From assembly GCA_030602615.1 (NCBI GenBank), contig JAUVZM010000001.1:5699-69698 (forward strand): a stretch of DNA of 64,000 nucleotides, given 5' to 3'. Under the pieces are notes generated by a model. It made no database searches. It saw nothing but the letters and a program-made list of their open reading frames with translations, and had not been told where the DNA came from. Shown piece by piece: positions 1 through 15,987 of this stretch. This DNA is from a bacterium. GTDB lineage: Bacteria > Armatimonadota > Zipacnadia > Zipacnadales > Zipacnadaceae. The translations under genes were made by a program, and so were the position numbers. Positions within the stretch are counted from its first letter, which is position 1, and the number at the start of each line of letters is the position of its first letter.

Positions 1-151
1 GAACGTGAGACTGCTGGAGCGATTCGTGGACGAGGACGGCAGCATGCTCAAGGCCAGTAGGACCAAGAACTGTCGGCTTCACCAAAGCCAGATTGCCCAA
101 CAGATAAAGCGAGCCCGAGAGATGGCTCTGCTACCCTATACCGTGGACTGA
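1..151 (+). CDS. rpsR: 30S ribosomal protein S18, 3' part (5' end outside window)
   Basis: Frame 2 reads NVRLLERFVDEDGSMLKASRTKNCRLHQSQIAQQIKRAREMALLPYTVD*, with the S18 IKRAR..ALLPY signature; TGA at 149-151. Confidence 0.9.
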   Translation, partial: NVRLLERFVDEDGSMLKASRTKNCRLHQSQIAQQIKRAREMALLPYTVD

Positions 152-258
152 GCAGCGCTGCACCTCCGACTGTCCCAGACCCGATCATCGTAAGAGAATT
201 GGACCCGTCGCCGGTTATAGCATAGGCTGATGAGGCATCAACCTTAGGTCAGACACAA

Positions 259-290
259 GCGAGGCGTAACCCACACGGGTTACGCCTCGT
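259..290. terminator. Hairpin between convergent rpsR and aminotransferase
   Basis: GCGAGGCGTAACCC-ACAC-GGGTTACGCCTCGT, 14-bp stem. Confidence 0.7.
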
Positions 291-334
291 ATTGCTCGCA
301 CCGTACCTCACGCGAGGCAGCGAATCAGTTCGTC

Positions 335-1666
335 TCAGTAGCCTGGCTTGGCTATCGCCGCTTGCAGCGCCGCCTCAAATATCTCGAGGCTCTCGCCGAC
401 CTGCTCTTCGGTTATGACCAGTGGCGGCGCTACCCGAATGACGTTGCCGAACATTCCAATGGGGTGGATGCAGACCAGACCGCGCAGGTAGCATTGATGG
501 ACGATCTCCGCCGCCAGCCCAGCAGCCGGCTGCTTGGAAGCCTCATCCTCCACGATTTCCAGGCCCAGCACAAGGCCCATCCCGCGCACATCGCCGAGTT
601 GCTCGTATTCCTGCTGCATCTCAGCAAAGGCCTCCATCATAAGTTGCCCCATGCGCGCCGAATTTTCCACCAGCCTCTCCCGCTGGATAATCTCAATCGA
701 AGCCAGCGCGGCCACACAGCTTAAGGGATTTCCCCCGAAGGTCGAGCCCACCGAGCCGGGCGGCAGGGCGTCCATGACTTCACTGGTACCAATTACCGCC
801 GCGCAGGGCACGCCTGAGGCCAGGCCCTTGCCCAGCGTCACCAGGTCGGGCTGGATATCCCAGTGCTCCATTGCAAACATCTTCCCGGTGCGGCCGAATG
901 AAGACTGCACCTCATCAAGAATGAAGAGCAGCCCTCGCTCCTGGCGCCACTGGTCAAGCCGCTCGAACCAGCCCGGAGGCGGGATGATACTGCCGGCTCC
1001 GCCCTGATACGGCTCGCTTATCACCGCACACAGCTCACCACAGCTCTCCTGAGAGACTACCCAGTCCAGGTACTCCAGACATTGAAGGCCGCAGCTCTCG
1101 GGGCCCTCACAGCCCAGCGGGCAGCGGTAGCAGTAGGGGAAGGGCGAATGTATGCAGCCAGGCACCAGCGGCCCGTAGCCTTCGTGGACACCGAGGCTTG
1201 CCCCTACTGAAGCTGCTCCCAGCGTCCGCCCGTGGAACGCCCCATGAAAACCGATGATCTCCCAGCCCTCGTGGGCGCGGCGCACCATGCGCAGGGCTGC
1301 TTCGATGGCATCACTGCCCGTGGTGACAATGAAGGCCTTGTCCAGGTGCGGAGCGCTGATTTCCACCAGCTTCTCAGCCAGATCCACACGGGGAGTGCTG
1401 ATGAAATCATAGCAGTTGAACAGCTTCTCGGCCTGGGCTTTGACCTGCTCAACGTAGTAGAGATGGCAGTGGCCGACGTTGGTCACCAGCACGCCGCTGC
1501 ACCAATCCAGAAACTCGTTGCCATCCACATCGGTGATCACGCAGCCGCTGGCCTTCTCCCAGACGAGAGGCTCCTGATAGCCTATCGAGCGGGGCTCATA
1601 TTGCTGTGATTTCTCCAGATATTCACGTGCTCTGGGACCGGGCAGCTCTGTTGGCATCCTATTCAT
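335..1666 (-). CDS. Class III PLP-dependent aminotransferase (GabT/4-aminobutyrate aminotransferase-like)
   Basis: DVDGNEFLD, FHGRT, ILDEVQSSFGRTG, TLGKGLASG (PLP lysine), STFGGNP. Confidence 0.9.
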   Translation of the reverse strand: MNRMPTELPGPRAREYLEKSQQYEPRSIGYQEPLVWEKASGCVITDVDGNEFLDWCSGVLVTNVGHCHLYYVEQVKAQAEKLFNCYDFISTPRVDLAEKLVEISAPHLDKAFIVTTGSDAIEAALRMVRRAHEGWEIIGFHGAFHGRTLGAASVGASLGVHEGYGPLVPGCIHSPFPYCYRCPLGCEGPESCGLQCLEYLDWVVSQESCGELCAVISEPYQGGAGSIIPPPGWFERLDQWRQERGLLFILDEVQSSFGRTGKMFAMEHWDIQPDLVTLGKGLASGVPCAAVIGTSEVMDALPPGSVGSTFGGNPLSCVAALASIEIIQRERLVENSARMGQLMMEAFAEMQQEYEQLGDVRGMGLVLGLEIVEDEASKQPAAGLAAEIVHQCYLRGLVCIHPIGMFGNVIRVAPPLVITEEQVGESLEIFEAALQAAIAKPGY

Positions 1667-1983
1667 TGTCGCTGGATCACCTGTACTGACAATCAGAACT
1701 TAGTTGGGGAGGCCTCGCCAGCCACTGCGTCCGCGCTTATAATATCAGTAACATTATTGCTGCGCAAGTGCATCTTGTCCAAGGCAGCCACCTCTGCGAG
1801 CGGATGTCTCGCGCGAAACTCAATATTGGCATCCGGGAGGCGAACAATTGCCAGTCCATCTTTGTCTATACTATTGAGAGAAACGAAGGAGACATCCCAC
1901 TGGCCGGTCCGATGTTCGCAGCGCCGATAGCCCTGGCGACCAGGACACTAAGGAGCGGCCAAACAAGTATTCTGAAAAAGTCC

Positions 1984-2012
1984 TTGACAGCGAAGTGGCT
2001 TTTAGGTATAAT
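1984..2012 (+). promoter_or_regulatory. rRNA operon sigma70 promoter
   Basis: TTGACA-17 bp-TATAAT, perfect consensus about 130 bp upstream of 16S. Confidence 0.9.
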
Positions 2013-2040
2013 ACATATTTGCCGATACAAAGGGCACATG

Positions 2041-2075
2041 TGATCCTTGAAAACCGAATAGCGTGTAGTCAAGCT
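2041..2075 (+). promoter_or_regulatory. boxA-like element and 5' arm of the 16S processing stem
   Basis: TGATCCTTGAAAACCGAATAGCGTG pairs with CACGCTATTCGCTTTTCGAGGATC at ~3738-3762; the 23S stem arms are at ~4368-4391 and ~7651-7675. Confidence 0.75.
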
Positions 2076-2140
2076 TGGATCTTGGTATGCGAAGTATCCT
2101 CCGTCCCGGGTCATTGGCCCGGAAATGGAGATGTAGTTTT

Positions 2141-3681
<1,541 letters not shown>

Positions 3682-3975
3682 AAGGAGTAGGTTGCCATCA
3701 CAAGATGGCAGACTAGGTCGACCAAGATTCGCTAGACGCACGCTATTCGCTTTTCGAGGATCGCCAGCAAAACATGCGAGGCGGACTGACACAACGAAAT
3801 TCCTTGATGGCAAACAATTGAAGCCGTAAGGACACAGTCAGAGGATGGAGTCTGCCCACCACGAGGGGGCTTGATCCCCCTCGTTTTTCTGTGTTACGTT
3901 ATACGCGCACCTTGAAAGCAGTATAGTGCACATAGGCGACAGCTATAGTGGTGCTGGATTGTGCAAGGGACTGGG

Positions 3976-4052
3976 GGGCAATTAGCTCAGTTGGCTAGAG
4001 CGCGCCCCTGATAAGGGCGAGGTCCCTGGTTCGAATCCAGGATTGCCCACCA
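3976..4052 (+). tRNA. tRNA-Ile(GAT)
   Basis: GGGCAAT/ATTGCCC acceptor stem, anticodon loop CT-GAT-AA, TTCGAAT, encoded CCA. Confidence 0.97.
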
Positions 4053-4060
4053 TTTAACAC

Positions 4061-4148
4061 CAGACAACGGCAGAGGACGACGGAAAAGGGCAGACAACGA
4101 CAGATAACGGCGGAACCTGTCCACTGGCCACTATCCACTGTCCGTTTT
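4061..4148. repeat. Degenerate 10-mer and 7-mer tandem repeats in the ITS
   Basis: CAGACAACGG/CAGAGGACGA/CGGAAAAGGG/CAGACAACGA/CAGATAACGG, then TCCACTG GCCACTA TCCACTG. Confidence 0.6.
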
Positions 4149-4224
4149 GGGGACGTAGCTCAGTTGGGAGAGCGCCTCCCTTGCACGGAGGAGGTCACCG
4201 GTTCGAGCCCGGTCGTCTCCACCA
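4149..4224 (+). tRNA. tRNA-Ala(TGC)
   Basis: GGGGACG/CGTCTCC acceptor stem with G3:U70, anticodon TGC, encoded CCA. Confidence 0.97.
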
Positions 4225-4431
4225 GCCTTCGCTCAACTGCGTTGAGCTACGGCCGGCTTCGCCATAGATGTCGGCAAGCAAGCCGCGGCAGGCAGGCTGC
4301 TATCGGTAATTAGTCATCAGCTATTCGGGGTATATTCTCTAATAGCTGATCAGTAGTTGCCGCAACCAGTGCACCTTGACAACTGCATAGGACAAGTAAA
4401 GCCGTTTACAATGAGCCGAGGGATATTGTGT

Positions 4432-7607
<3,176 letters not shown>

Positions 7608-7681
7608 ACACTATTGCACTTATTAGGCTCATTGTCGGCTTTGCTTCGTTCCTATGCAGTTATGAAGGTGTACTGTGACAG

Positions 7682-7911
7682 CAGTGGACAGTGGTTAGTG
7701 GCGAGTGGATAGTGAACGGCACGCATTCTGTGCTGAAGAACCTGCTCGCCGGATATTGGGGGCCGGGCACTCCTCAGGCATTGTGAGAGGGGAGCCCCGT
7801 AGATTATAGATATTGTGGGAGAGGCACTCCCCAGGCATTGTGGGAGGGGCACCCTTGCCCCGATCAGCCGTAGCCGTAACTGACCACTAACCACTAGCCA
7901 CTAACAACTGG
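7682..7911. repeat. Inverted heptamer arrays enclosing REP-like direct repeats in the 23S-5S spacer
   Basis: (NAGTGGN)x5 at 7682-7716 and the reverse (CCACTAR)x3-4 at 7884-7911; 42-bp imperfect direct repeat at 7752-7793 and 7809-7850. Confidence 0.75.
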
Positions 7912-7924
7912 CCGTACCCCTTTT

Positions 7925-8042
7925 TCCCGGTGACGATAGCGGAGGGGCCACACCCGTTCCCATTCCGAACACGGCAGTTAAGCCCTCCTGCGCCGATGGT
8001 ACTATGGGGGCGACCCCATGGGAGAGTAGGTCGTCGCCGGGG
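7925..8042 (+). rRNA. rrf: 5S rRNA
   Basis: CCCGGTGACGATAGC...CCCATTCCGAACAC...GCCGATGGTACT...GAGAGTAGGTCGTCGCCGGG. Confidence 0.97.
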
Positions 8043-8062
8043 TTTTGCTTTGCCTTTTTCCC

Positions 8063-8093
8063 AGCCCTTGGTGTAATACCAAGGGTTTCATTT
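8063..8093 (+). terminator. Rho-independent terminator of the rRNA operon
   Basis: AGCCCTTGGT...ACCAAGGGTT stem followed by TCATTT. Confidence 0.75.
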
Positions 8094-8123
8094 GCTATTA
8101 GATCAGCAAGTGGAGGCTAAGGC

Positions 8124-8438
8124 ATGGACGTTGAACCTATACTACAACAACTGAAGCAGCGGCTGCAGGAGTTATACGGCGAGCGGCTCAAGGGCCTGTA
8201 TCTGTTCGGCTCGCACGCCCGCGGCGAGGCCAGCACCGACTCCGATATTGACGTGGCCGTCATCCTCGACGACTTCGAGTCCGTGGGTGCCGAGATTGAC
8301 CGGACGAGCGAGATCGTCGCCGATCTGAGCCTGCAGCACGAGTGCGTTGTGGCCCTGGTGCACTTGCGGGAGGCTGACTGGCAACAGCGCCGCAGCTCGC
8401 TGCTCATAAACCTGCAGCGCGAAGGAGTGGCGGTGTGA
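8124..8438 (+). CDS. Minimal nucleotidyltransferase (MNT, HEPN-MNT antitoxin type)
   Basis: LYLFGSHARGEASTDSDIDV (GS..RG...SDxD motif), 104 aa, SD GGAGG. Confidence 0.88.
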   Translation: MDVEPILQQLKQRLQELYGERLKGLYLFGSHARGEASTDSDIDVAVILDDFESVGAEIDRTSEIVADLSLQHECVVALVHLREADWQQRRSSLLINLQREGVAV

Positions 8439-8490
8439 CCAATGACGAGATCGCCGGGTTGCTGGACAAGGCGCGAGACAGCATTGGCTC
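8435..8490 (+). pseudogene. Probable truncated HEPN toxin (N-terminal helix only)
   Basis: GTGA overlap with MNT; MTNDEIAGLLDKARDSI resembles HEPN N-termini, then the frame runs into promoter DNA with no HEPN core. Confidence 0.55.
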
Positions 8491-8531
8491 TTTCTCGCGC
8501 CACTTTGCTCCCCTCGGATACCCCCTTTCAT

Positions 8532-8561
8532 TTGACTTTTTGCCCACAAATAGACTATACT
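8532..8561 (+). promoter_or_regulatory. sigma70-type promoter for the 8644 operon
   Basis: TTGACT-18 bp-TATACT. Confidence 0.6.
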
Positions 8562-8643
8562 TTTGGGGCTTGTACCGGACAAACTGCCGTCCAATGGGAG
8601 GCTCTCACACCCTCAGTTTATGAGCTGAGGAGTTAGCACCTAT

Positions 8644-8982
8644 ATGGCTACTTTGGTAGACAGGATCCGCGATCTGCTGCTGGGCCAGCCTGACGAGAAT
8701 AACAACAGCAACGCGCCAGCGCTGCGGATTACTGTACAATGTGATTGCGGCCAGAAGATAGCGACGCGCATCGAAAAAGCCTACGAACTCCAGGAACAAT
8801 ACCTGCCCGCTGCAGATACAGATACACCACCCACCGTCGCCGGCTATGTGCTGAAGAAGGACCTGGTAGGGAGTTGCTGCCACGGTCCGGTGCGGGTGAC
8901 CGTGCATTTCGACGCCGACAAGCGGCCCACCGACCATACTGTGGAAGGCGGCCAGTGGCTGTCGGCAACAGAATGTGCATAG
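8644..8982 (+). CDS. Small hypothetical protein, possibly metal-binding
   Basis: SD GAGGAG; QCDCG and CCH cysteine clusters; 112 aa. Confidence 0.7.
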   Translation: MATLVDRIRDLLLGQPDENNNSNAPALRITVQCDCGQKIATRIEKAYELQEQYLPAADTDTPPTVAGYVLKKDLVGSCCHGPVRVTVHFDADKRPTDHTVEGGQWLSATECA

Positions 8983-9022
8983 ACGCCGCCGCATCCGCGT
9001 CCGGTGAGCGGAGGCAACCGCA

Positions 9023-9916
9023 ATGAGTGAGGTCAGCGGGGCAGACGCCGCCCGTAGCTGGGTGTTTTTGCGCTCGCCAGTGGGGAAATTGGTCCTGCTG
9101 GCGATTTGCATATATGTCCTGTTTGTGGCCACCCCGCTGGTACCCATTCCCCCCGGATACGGGCCGATTGCCGTCTGGGCCGGATCACTTCTGGCCACAT
9201 TGCTGCTGGCGGCGTTGTCGGTGATGCTGATTGTCAATGGCGCCCGCCTGCATCTATCAGTAGCCCGTGAAGTAGGTTTGGTGGCTGTCTCAGTGGGCCT
9301 GTGGCTGGGCCTGACCAGACTGGCCGGCCAAAGCCACCTTAATCGCCTGCTCATCGCGCCCGTTGCTACCGTAGTCTTCCTGCTGGCGTGCTTGTGGCTG
9401 GGACGGGTGATATCACGGCTGTTCCGGACAAGCAGCATTCTGCTGCCAGCCTGCGCAGCCGTGGCGCTGGCCGACATCTTCACCGTCTACGCCGGACCTA
9501 CCGGTATGATGCTGCAGAAGTACCCCGAATTCGTCCAGAGCGTCTCGGTGGCCATCCCTGAGATCGGTTCGGCGGTCGGGGCTGAGGGACTGGCCGGACT
9601 GGCAGTGTCCAACTTCATCGGCCTGGGCGACTTCATATTCCTGGCCGCGCTGCTCGGCGCAGCCGCCCGGTTCCGATTCGACCTGGTGCGCACTGCTTGG
9701 TTAGTGTTGACAGCGGCAGCGGTGGGCATGGCTATCCAGTGGCTGGTCCCCACGTTGATGGGCGTTCCGCTGCTGCCATTTATCGCCGGGGGGTTTGCGG
9801 TAGCCAACTGGGGCCAGTTCCGCCTGACTCGCCCGGAGAAGAAGGCCATGGGGCTGGCGGCCCTGATTATTGGCCTGCTTGTGGTGGTGGCCTGGATATT
9901 GGCCCAGGTGTTATGA
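9023..9916 (+). CDS. Multi-pass membrane protein, GxGD (presenilin/SPP-like) aspartyl protease candidate
   Basis: About 9 hydrophobic segments; LADIFTV, IGLGDFIF and VPLLPF motifs in the A22-family order. Confidence 0.65.
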   Translation: MSEVSGADAARSWVFLRSPVGKLVLLAICIYVLFVATPLVPIPPGYGPIAVWAGSLLATLLLAALSVMLIVNGARLHLSVAREVGLVAVSVGLWLGLTRLAGQSHLNRLLIAPVATVVFLLACLWLGRVISRLFRTSSILLPACAAVALADIFTVYAGPTGMMLQKYPEFVQSVSVAIPEIGSAVGAEGLAGLAVSNFIGLGDFIFLAALLGAAARFRFDLVRTAWLVLTAAAVGMAIQWLVPTLMGVPLLPFIAGGFAVANWGQFRLTRPEKKAMGLAALIIGLLVVVAWILAQVL

Positions 9917-9924
9917 GTAGATGC

Positions 9925-10416
9925 TCACAGCTCGACGCGGCGCACCCGTGCGCCAGCGGCAGCAGCTTCGGCGGCCCGCCGTCCATCGGGGAGTACCAGG
10001 TCGGGGGCAATCTCGGCCAGGGGCACCAGCACAAACTGGCGGGCTAACATTTGCGGATGAGGGATCTGCAGGTCAGGTTTGTCTACCGTCTCGTCCCCGT
10101 ACAGCAGGATATCTATATCAATGATCCGCTCGCCCCAGCGTCGCGTGCGCACGCGGCCCATATCCTGCTCGATTCCCTGAACAAGCTTCAGCAATCGCCG
10201 CCCTGAACAGCTCACCTCTGCCTGCACCACCTGGTTAAAAAAATCCGACTGATCCTGGGGACCAACCGGAGCTGTTTCATATATTGATGATGTTCTAACA
10301 ATCTCAAGGGTCGGGATTTGTGCAAGACGTTGAACGACTTCATCCAGATTGGCCCGGCGGTCGCCGATATTGCTGCCCAGCCCCAGGTAGCAGGTAACCG
10401 CCTCTTTGGCGTTCAC
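9925..10416 (-). CDS. folK: 2-amino-4-hydroxy-6-hydroxymethyldihydropteridine diphosphokinase
   Basis: YLGLGSNIGD, SSIYETAP, RWGERIIDIDILLY, IPHP, RQFVLVPL. Confidence 0.96.
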   Translation of the reverse strand: MNAKEAVTCYLGLGSNIGDRRANLDEVVQRLAQIPTLEIVRTSSIYETAPVGPQDQSDFFNQVVQAEVSCSGRRLLKLVQGIEQDMGRVRTRRWGERIIDIDILLYGDETVDKPDLQIPHPQMLARQFVLVPLAEIAPDLVLPDGRRAAEAAAAGARVRRVEL

Positions 10417-10430
10417 AACACCACCAGGCC

Positions 10431-12389
<1,959 letters not shown>

Positions 12390-12393
12390 CTGG

Positions 12394-13869
12394 CTACTCC
12401 TTAACGTCTGTCGCGCTGGGCACCTTATCTGCCAGAGGCGCCGCCGACAGCTTCAAGAATTTCGTTGTATCTTCCGTTACCCGAAACTGCTCCCCCATCC
12501 GCAGCCCAACGGCCCAAATAATTCTGTCCTGGCTGTCAACCACCAGCGGAATGCAATCACGCCGCTGCTGCGGGATCTTCTCATCCACGAACAGGTCCTG
12601 CAATTTCTTGTGACCGCCCATCCCCAGCGGCTGCATACAGTCGCCCGGCTGCCAGTTGCGCACGCAAAGTATTGAACCGGCGGCAGCCCCATTCACGATA
12701 ATATGAGTGCCTGCCGCGTCCCCCAGTTCGCTGGGTCGTTCAGCAACAGGCCGCGCCACCAGCCTGCCGACTTCCGGTATCTCTACAGTGCCTGGTACTG
12801 ACAGCTCGTAACACCAGGACTCCTTGCCTTCAGGCTGGCGTTGCGCCCTTTCGCCATATATTAACTCAAGTTCAGTATACCCAACTCTGGCCAGAACTTT
12901 CCCCGGCAGGTGTAACTGCGCGCCGGTCGGTCCCTCATCTATCAGCTCACGCAGGGCGTCGTAATGGACCTCGCCCACATCAGTCGCCGCCCCGGACAGT
13001 TCCACTATCGCCCGCCGCAGCAACCGATGCTGCAGCCCCGCCGGCAGTTCGCTTAGTCTCTGGCGGTCAAAGCCCACCTTGTCTGCCCCGACGGATGCTA
13101 CCTCCTCAAATTCCGTCTCCACCAGCGGCTTAGTCCAGGCCAGTTCCTCTTCGGCAGCCCGAATCACGCGCAACAGCGCCTCGTGCGGGTCCTCGCTGTA
13201 TTCCTCGCCCAGTAGCGGCAGCAACTGAAGCCTGATCTTGTTGCGCAAGAAATCCGATGGATCCAAATTGCTCTCGTCACAGCGCGGGTCCAGGCTCTGT
13301 TGCTCGCAGTATTCGGCGATGGCCTCCCGACGGTTGGCAATCAATGGCCGTATGAATATGCCGCGCACCGGCGGGATGCTGCGCAGCCCGTGCAAGCCCG
13401 ATCCCCGCAGCAGGTTGATAAGCAAAGTCTCAACCCGGTCAGTGGCCGTATGGCCCAGCGCCACTCGATCGAAGCCGTGTTGGTCCGCCAGGGTCGAGAA
13501 GTACTCATAGCGCGCGCAGCGTCCTGCCTCCTCCAGGGAAAGTCCCTTCCGACGCGCCTGTTCACCAACGTTCTCACCAGTCACATAACAGGGCAAGCCC
13601 CAATCCGCACACAACCGCCGCACATACGCTTCGTCCTGGTCAGCTTGCTCGCCGCGCAGTTGGTGGTTGAGATGAGCCACCGCCAGCTCAATGCCCAACT
13701 CATCGCTCAACGCGCACAGCAAATGCAGCAAGCCCACCGAGTCGGCGCCACCGGAGACTGCCACAAGCACCCTCTCGCCGGCCTGTAGCATCTGGTAGCG
13801 GCGGATCGTCTCCTGAACCTGTTGCCGCAGGCTGCCCCCGTCACCCGTCATTGCAACCAAGCTTCCCAT
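12394..13869 (-). CDS. tilS: tRNA(Ile)-lysidine synthetase
   Basis: VAVSGGADS PP-loop, AHLNHQLR, GHTATD, TilS C-terminal domain; start may be 13851. Confidence 0.96.
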   Translation of the reverse strand: MGSLVAMTGDGGSLRQQVQETIRRYQMLQAGERVLVAVSGGADSVGLLHLLCALSDELGIELAVAHLNHQLRGEQADQDEAYVRRLCADWGLPCYVTGENVGEQARRKGLSLEEAGRCARYEYFSTLADQHGFDRVALGHTATDRVETLLINLLRGSGLHGLRSIPPVRGIFIRPLIANRREAIAEYCEQQSLDPRCDESNLDPSDFLRNKIRLQLLPLLGEEYSEDPHEALLRVIRAAEEELAWTKPLVETEFEEVASVGADKVGFDRQRLSELPAGLQHRLLRRAIVELSGAATDVGEVHYDALRELIDEGPTGAQLHLPGKVLARVGYTELELIYGERAQRQPEGKESWCYELSVPGTVEIPEVGRLVARPVAERPSELGDAAGTHIIVNGAAAGSILCVRNWQPGDCMQPLGMGGHKKLQDLFVDEKIPQQRRDCIPLVVDSQDRIIWAVGLRMGEQFRVTEDTTKFLKLSAAPLADKVPSATDVKE

Positions 13870-13967
13870 TAGCCATTATCCGTGAATATCGCTTCCGGCA
13901 GCACAGGCCCGGGCAACAATCTGGCCAGCAGCAGGCCGAACAGTGGAGCTGGATTGGAAATGAGTAG

Positions 13968-14867
13968 CTATTCCGCCGGCTGCAACAGCCGCTGCATCGT
14001 CTCCTGATAGATTTCGCGAGTGCGTGCCACGACCTCAGCCGGAAGTTGCGGCGCAGGCGGCTCCTTATCCCAGTCCAGCGTCTCCAGGTAGTCGCGGACG
14101 TACTGCTTATCGAACGACTCTTGAGGATGGCCGGGTTCCCACTTGTCCAGGTCCCAATATCGCGAGGCGTCGGGGGTGAAAATTTCGTCAACCAGAATCA
14201 AATCGCCGTTGACCAGGCCAAATTCAAACTTGGCATCGGCCAGAATAAAGCCGCACTCCGCCGCATACTCGGCGCCGAACTCATAAAGCTTCAGCGATTC
14301 TCCCTCCAGATCCTCAGCCAGCCGCTGGCCAGTGATCTGGGGGATCTCGTCGCGGGTGATATTGACATCGTGCCCCGAGGTAGCCTTAGTGGCGGGCGTG
14401 AAAATCGGCTCAGGGAGCCTATCGGCCTCCACCAGGCCTGCGGGCAGCTCGTGGCCACAGCTCTGCCCGGTCTCCTGATAAGAGCTCCAGGCCGAGCCGG
14501 CCAGGTAGCCACGGACTACACACTCGATCGGCACAATCTTGGCCTTCCGCACCCACATCGAGCGCCCCTCGAGCAGTTCGTGATAGTCGGCCACTGCTTC
14601 GGGGAAGTCGCTTGCATCGGTGGAGATCAGATGATTGGGTACGATATGTTCGGTTTCCTCAAACCAGAATTTCGATATTCTGGTAAGGATTTTCCCCTTG
14701 CCGGGAATACCGTTGGGCATCACCACGTCAAAGCAAGATATGCGATCCGTGGCCACAATGAGAAGATTATTGCCGAATTCGTATATGTCTCGCACCTTTC
14801 CTGAGCGCCGACTGTCCGCTCCCGGTAGATGCGTAGTCAGAATTGTCTTTTCCACAGCTTCGGACAC
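13968..14867 (-). CDS. purC: SAICAR synthase
   Basis: GKVRDIY, TDRISCFD, ECVVRGYL, ADAKFEFG, SFDKQYVRDY. Confidence 0.97.
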   Translation of the reverse strand: MSEAVEKTILTTHLPGADSRRSGKVRDIYEFGNNLLIVATDRISCFDVVMPNGIPGKGKILTRISKFWFEETEHIVPNHLISTDASDFPEAVADYHELLEGRSMWVRKAKIVPIECVVRGYLAGSAWSSYQETGQSCGHELPAGLVEADRLPEPIFTPATKATSGHDVNITRDEIPQITGQRLAEDLEGESLKLYEFGAEYAAECGFILADAKFEFGLVNGDLILVDEIFTPDASRYWDLDKWEPGHPQESFDKQYVRDYLETLDWDKEPPAPQLPAEVVARTREIYQETMQRLLQPAE

Positions 14868-14895
14868 AGTTAGAACCTCCGTCAGCTCTGTGATG

Positions 14896-15987
14896 TTATT
14901 TCGCCAGGCCCAGCATCTCGACGACTGCTTCGGTCCGGGCCAGGGCCTTCTCCGGCTCCTCGACCACTGCCACGGCCCGGTCCGGATCTTTCAGACCATG
15001 ACCAGTCAACGTACAGACCACCACTGCCGGCTCGTCGCCAAAGAAGCCCTCATCAGCCAGCTTGATCACTCCGGCCACACCGGCCACCGAAGCCGGCTCG
15101 ACGAATATTCCTTCGCTGCTGCCCAGTTTGCGGTAGGCCTGCAGTATTTCCTCGTCGGTAACAGTTCGCAACAGACCCTGAGATTCCTCCACCGCGGCGG
15201 CTGCTTCCCGCCAGCGGGCGGGGTTGCCGATGCGAATAGCGGTAGCAATCGTCTCGGGATTGGCAACCGGCGCGCCTCGTACCATCGGCGCAGCGCCCTC
15301 CGCCTGAAAGCCCAGCATGCGGGGCAAGCGGCTGGTCTTTCTCGCTTCCTGATATTGCTTATATCCCCACCAGTAGGCAGTAATATTGCCGGCATTGCCC
15401 ACGGGCAGGGCATGAAAATCAGGTGCCCCTCCCAACGCATCGCAAACTTCAAACGCTGCAGTCTTCTGACCCTCCAGGCGATACGGATTGAGCGAATTAA
15501 CCAGCGCCACCGGATAGTTGTCGGTAATCTCACGGACAATATCCAGACAATCATCGAAATTCCCTGCAATCTGAATAACCCGCGCCCCATGGGCCAGGGC
15601 CTGGGACAGCTTGCCCAGCGCCACATAGCCGTCGGGGATGAGCACTACCGATTGCATCCCAGCTATTGCTGAATATGCCGCCGCCGATGCTGAGGTATTG
15701 CCCGTAGAAGCGCACATCGTCACCTGAGCGCCGTCTTCTTTGGCCTTGGAGACGGCCATGGTCATCCCGCGATCTTTGAACGAAGCAGTAGGATTGACCC
15801 CCTCATACTTGAAATACAGGTCAATACTGCCGGGTAACTGCGGCCCGATGACCCGCGAAGGAATCAGCGGGGTATCGCCTTCCAGCAAGGTAATCACCGG
15901 CGTCTGCTCAGTGACGGGAAGATACTGGCGGTACTCCTCGATCACTCCGCGCCAGTGCCCAGCAGGTCCGCCGCGAGTGTCAACCAC
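14896..15987 (-). CDS. thrC: Threonine synthase
   Basis: [40 protein letters not shown]; GTG start overlapping the hom stop. Confidence 0.95.
   Translation of the reverse strand: MVDTRGGPAGHWRGVIEEYRQYLPVTEQTPVITLLEGDTPLIPSRVIGPQLPGSIDLYFKYEGVNPTASFKDRGMTMAVSKAKEDGAQVTMCASTGNTSASAAAYSAIAGMQSVVLIPDGYVALGKLSQALAHGARVIQIAGNFDDCLDIVREITDNYPVALVNSLNPYRLEGQKTAAFEVCDALGGAPDFHALPVGNAGNITAYWWGYKQYQEARKTSRLPRMLGFQAEGAAPMVRGAPVANPETIATAIRIGNPARWREAAAAVEESQGLLRTVTDEEILQAYRKLGSSEGIFVEPASVAGVAGVIKLADEGFFGDEPAVVVCTLTGHGLKDPDRAVAVVEEPEKALARTEAVVEMLGLAK

Noticed and set aside
7752-7863. Possible mini-CRISPR in the 23S-5S spacer
   Set aside because: Only two degenerate units, no unique spacers and no cas genes.
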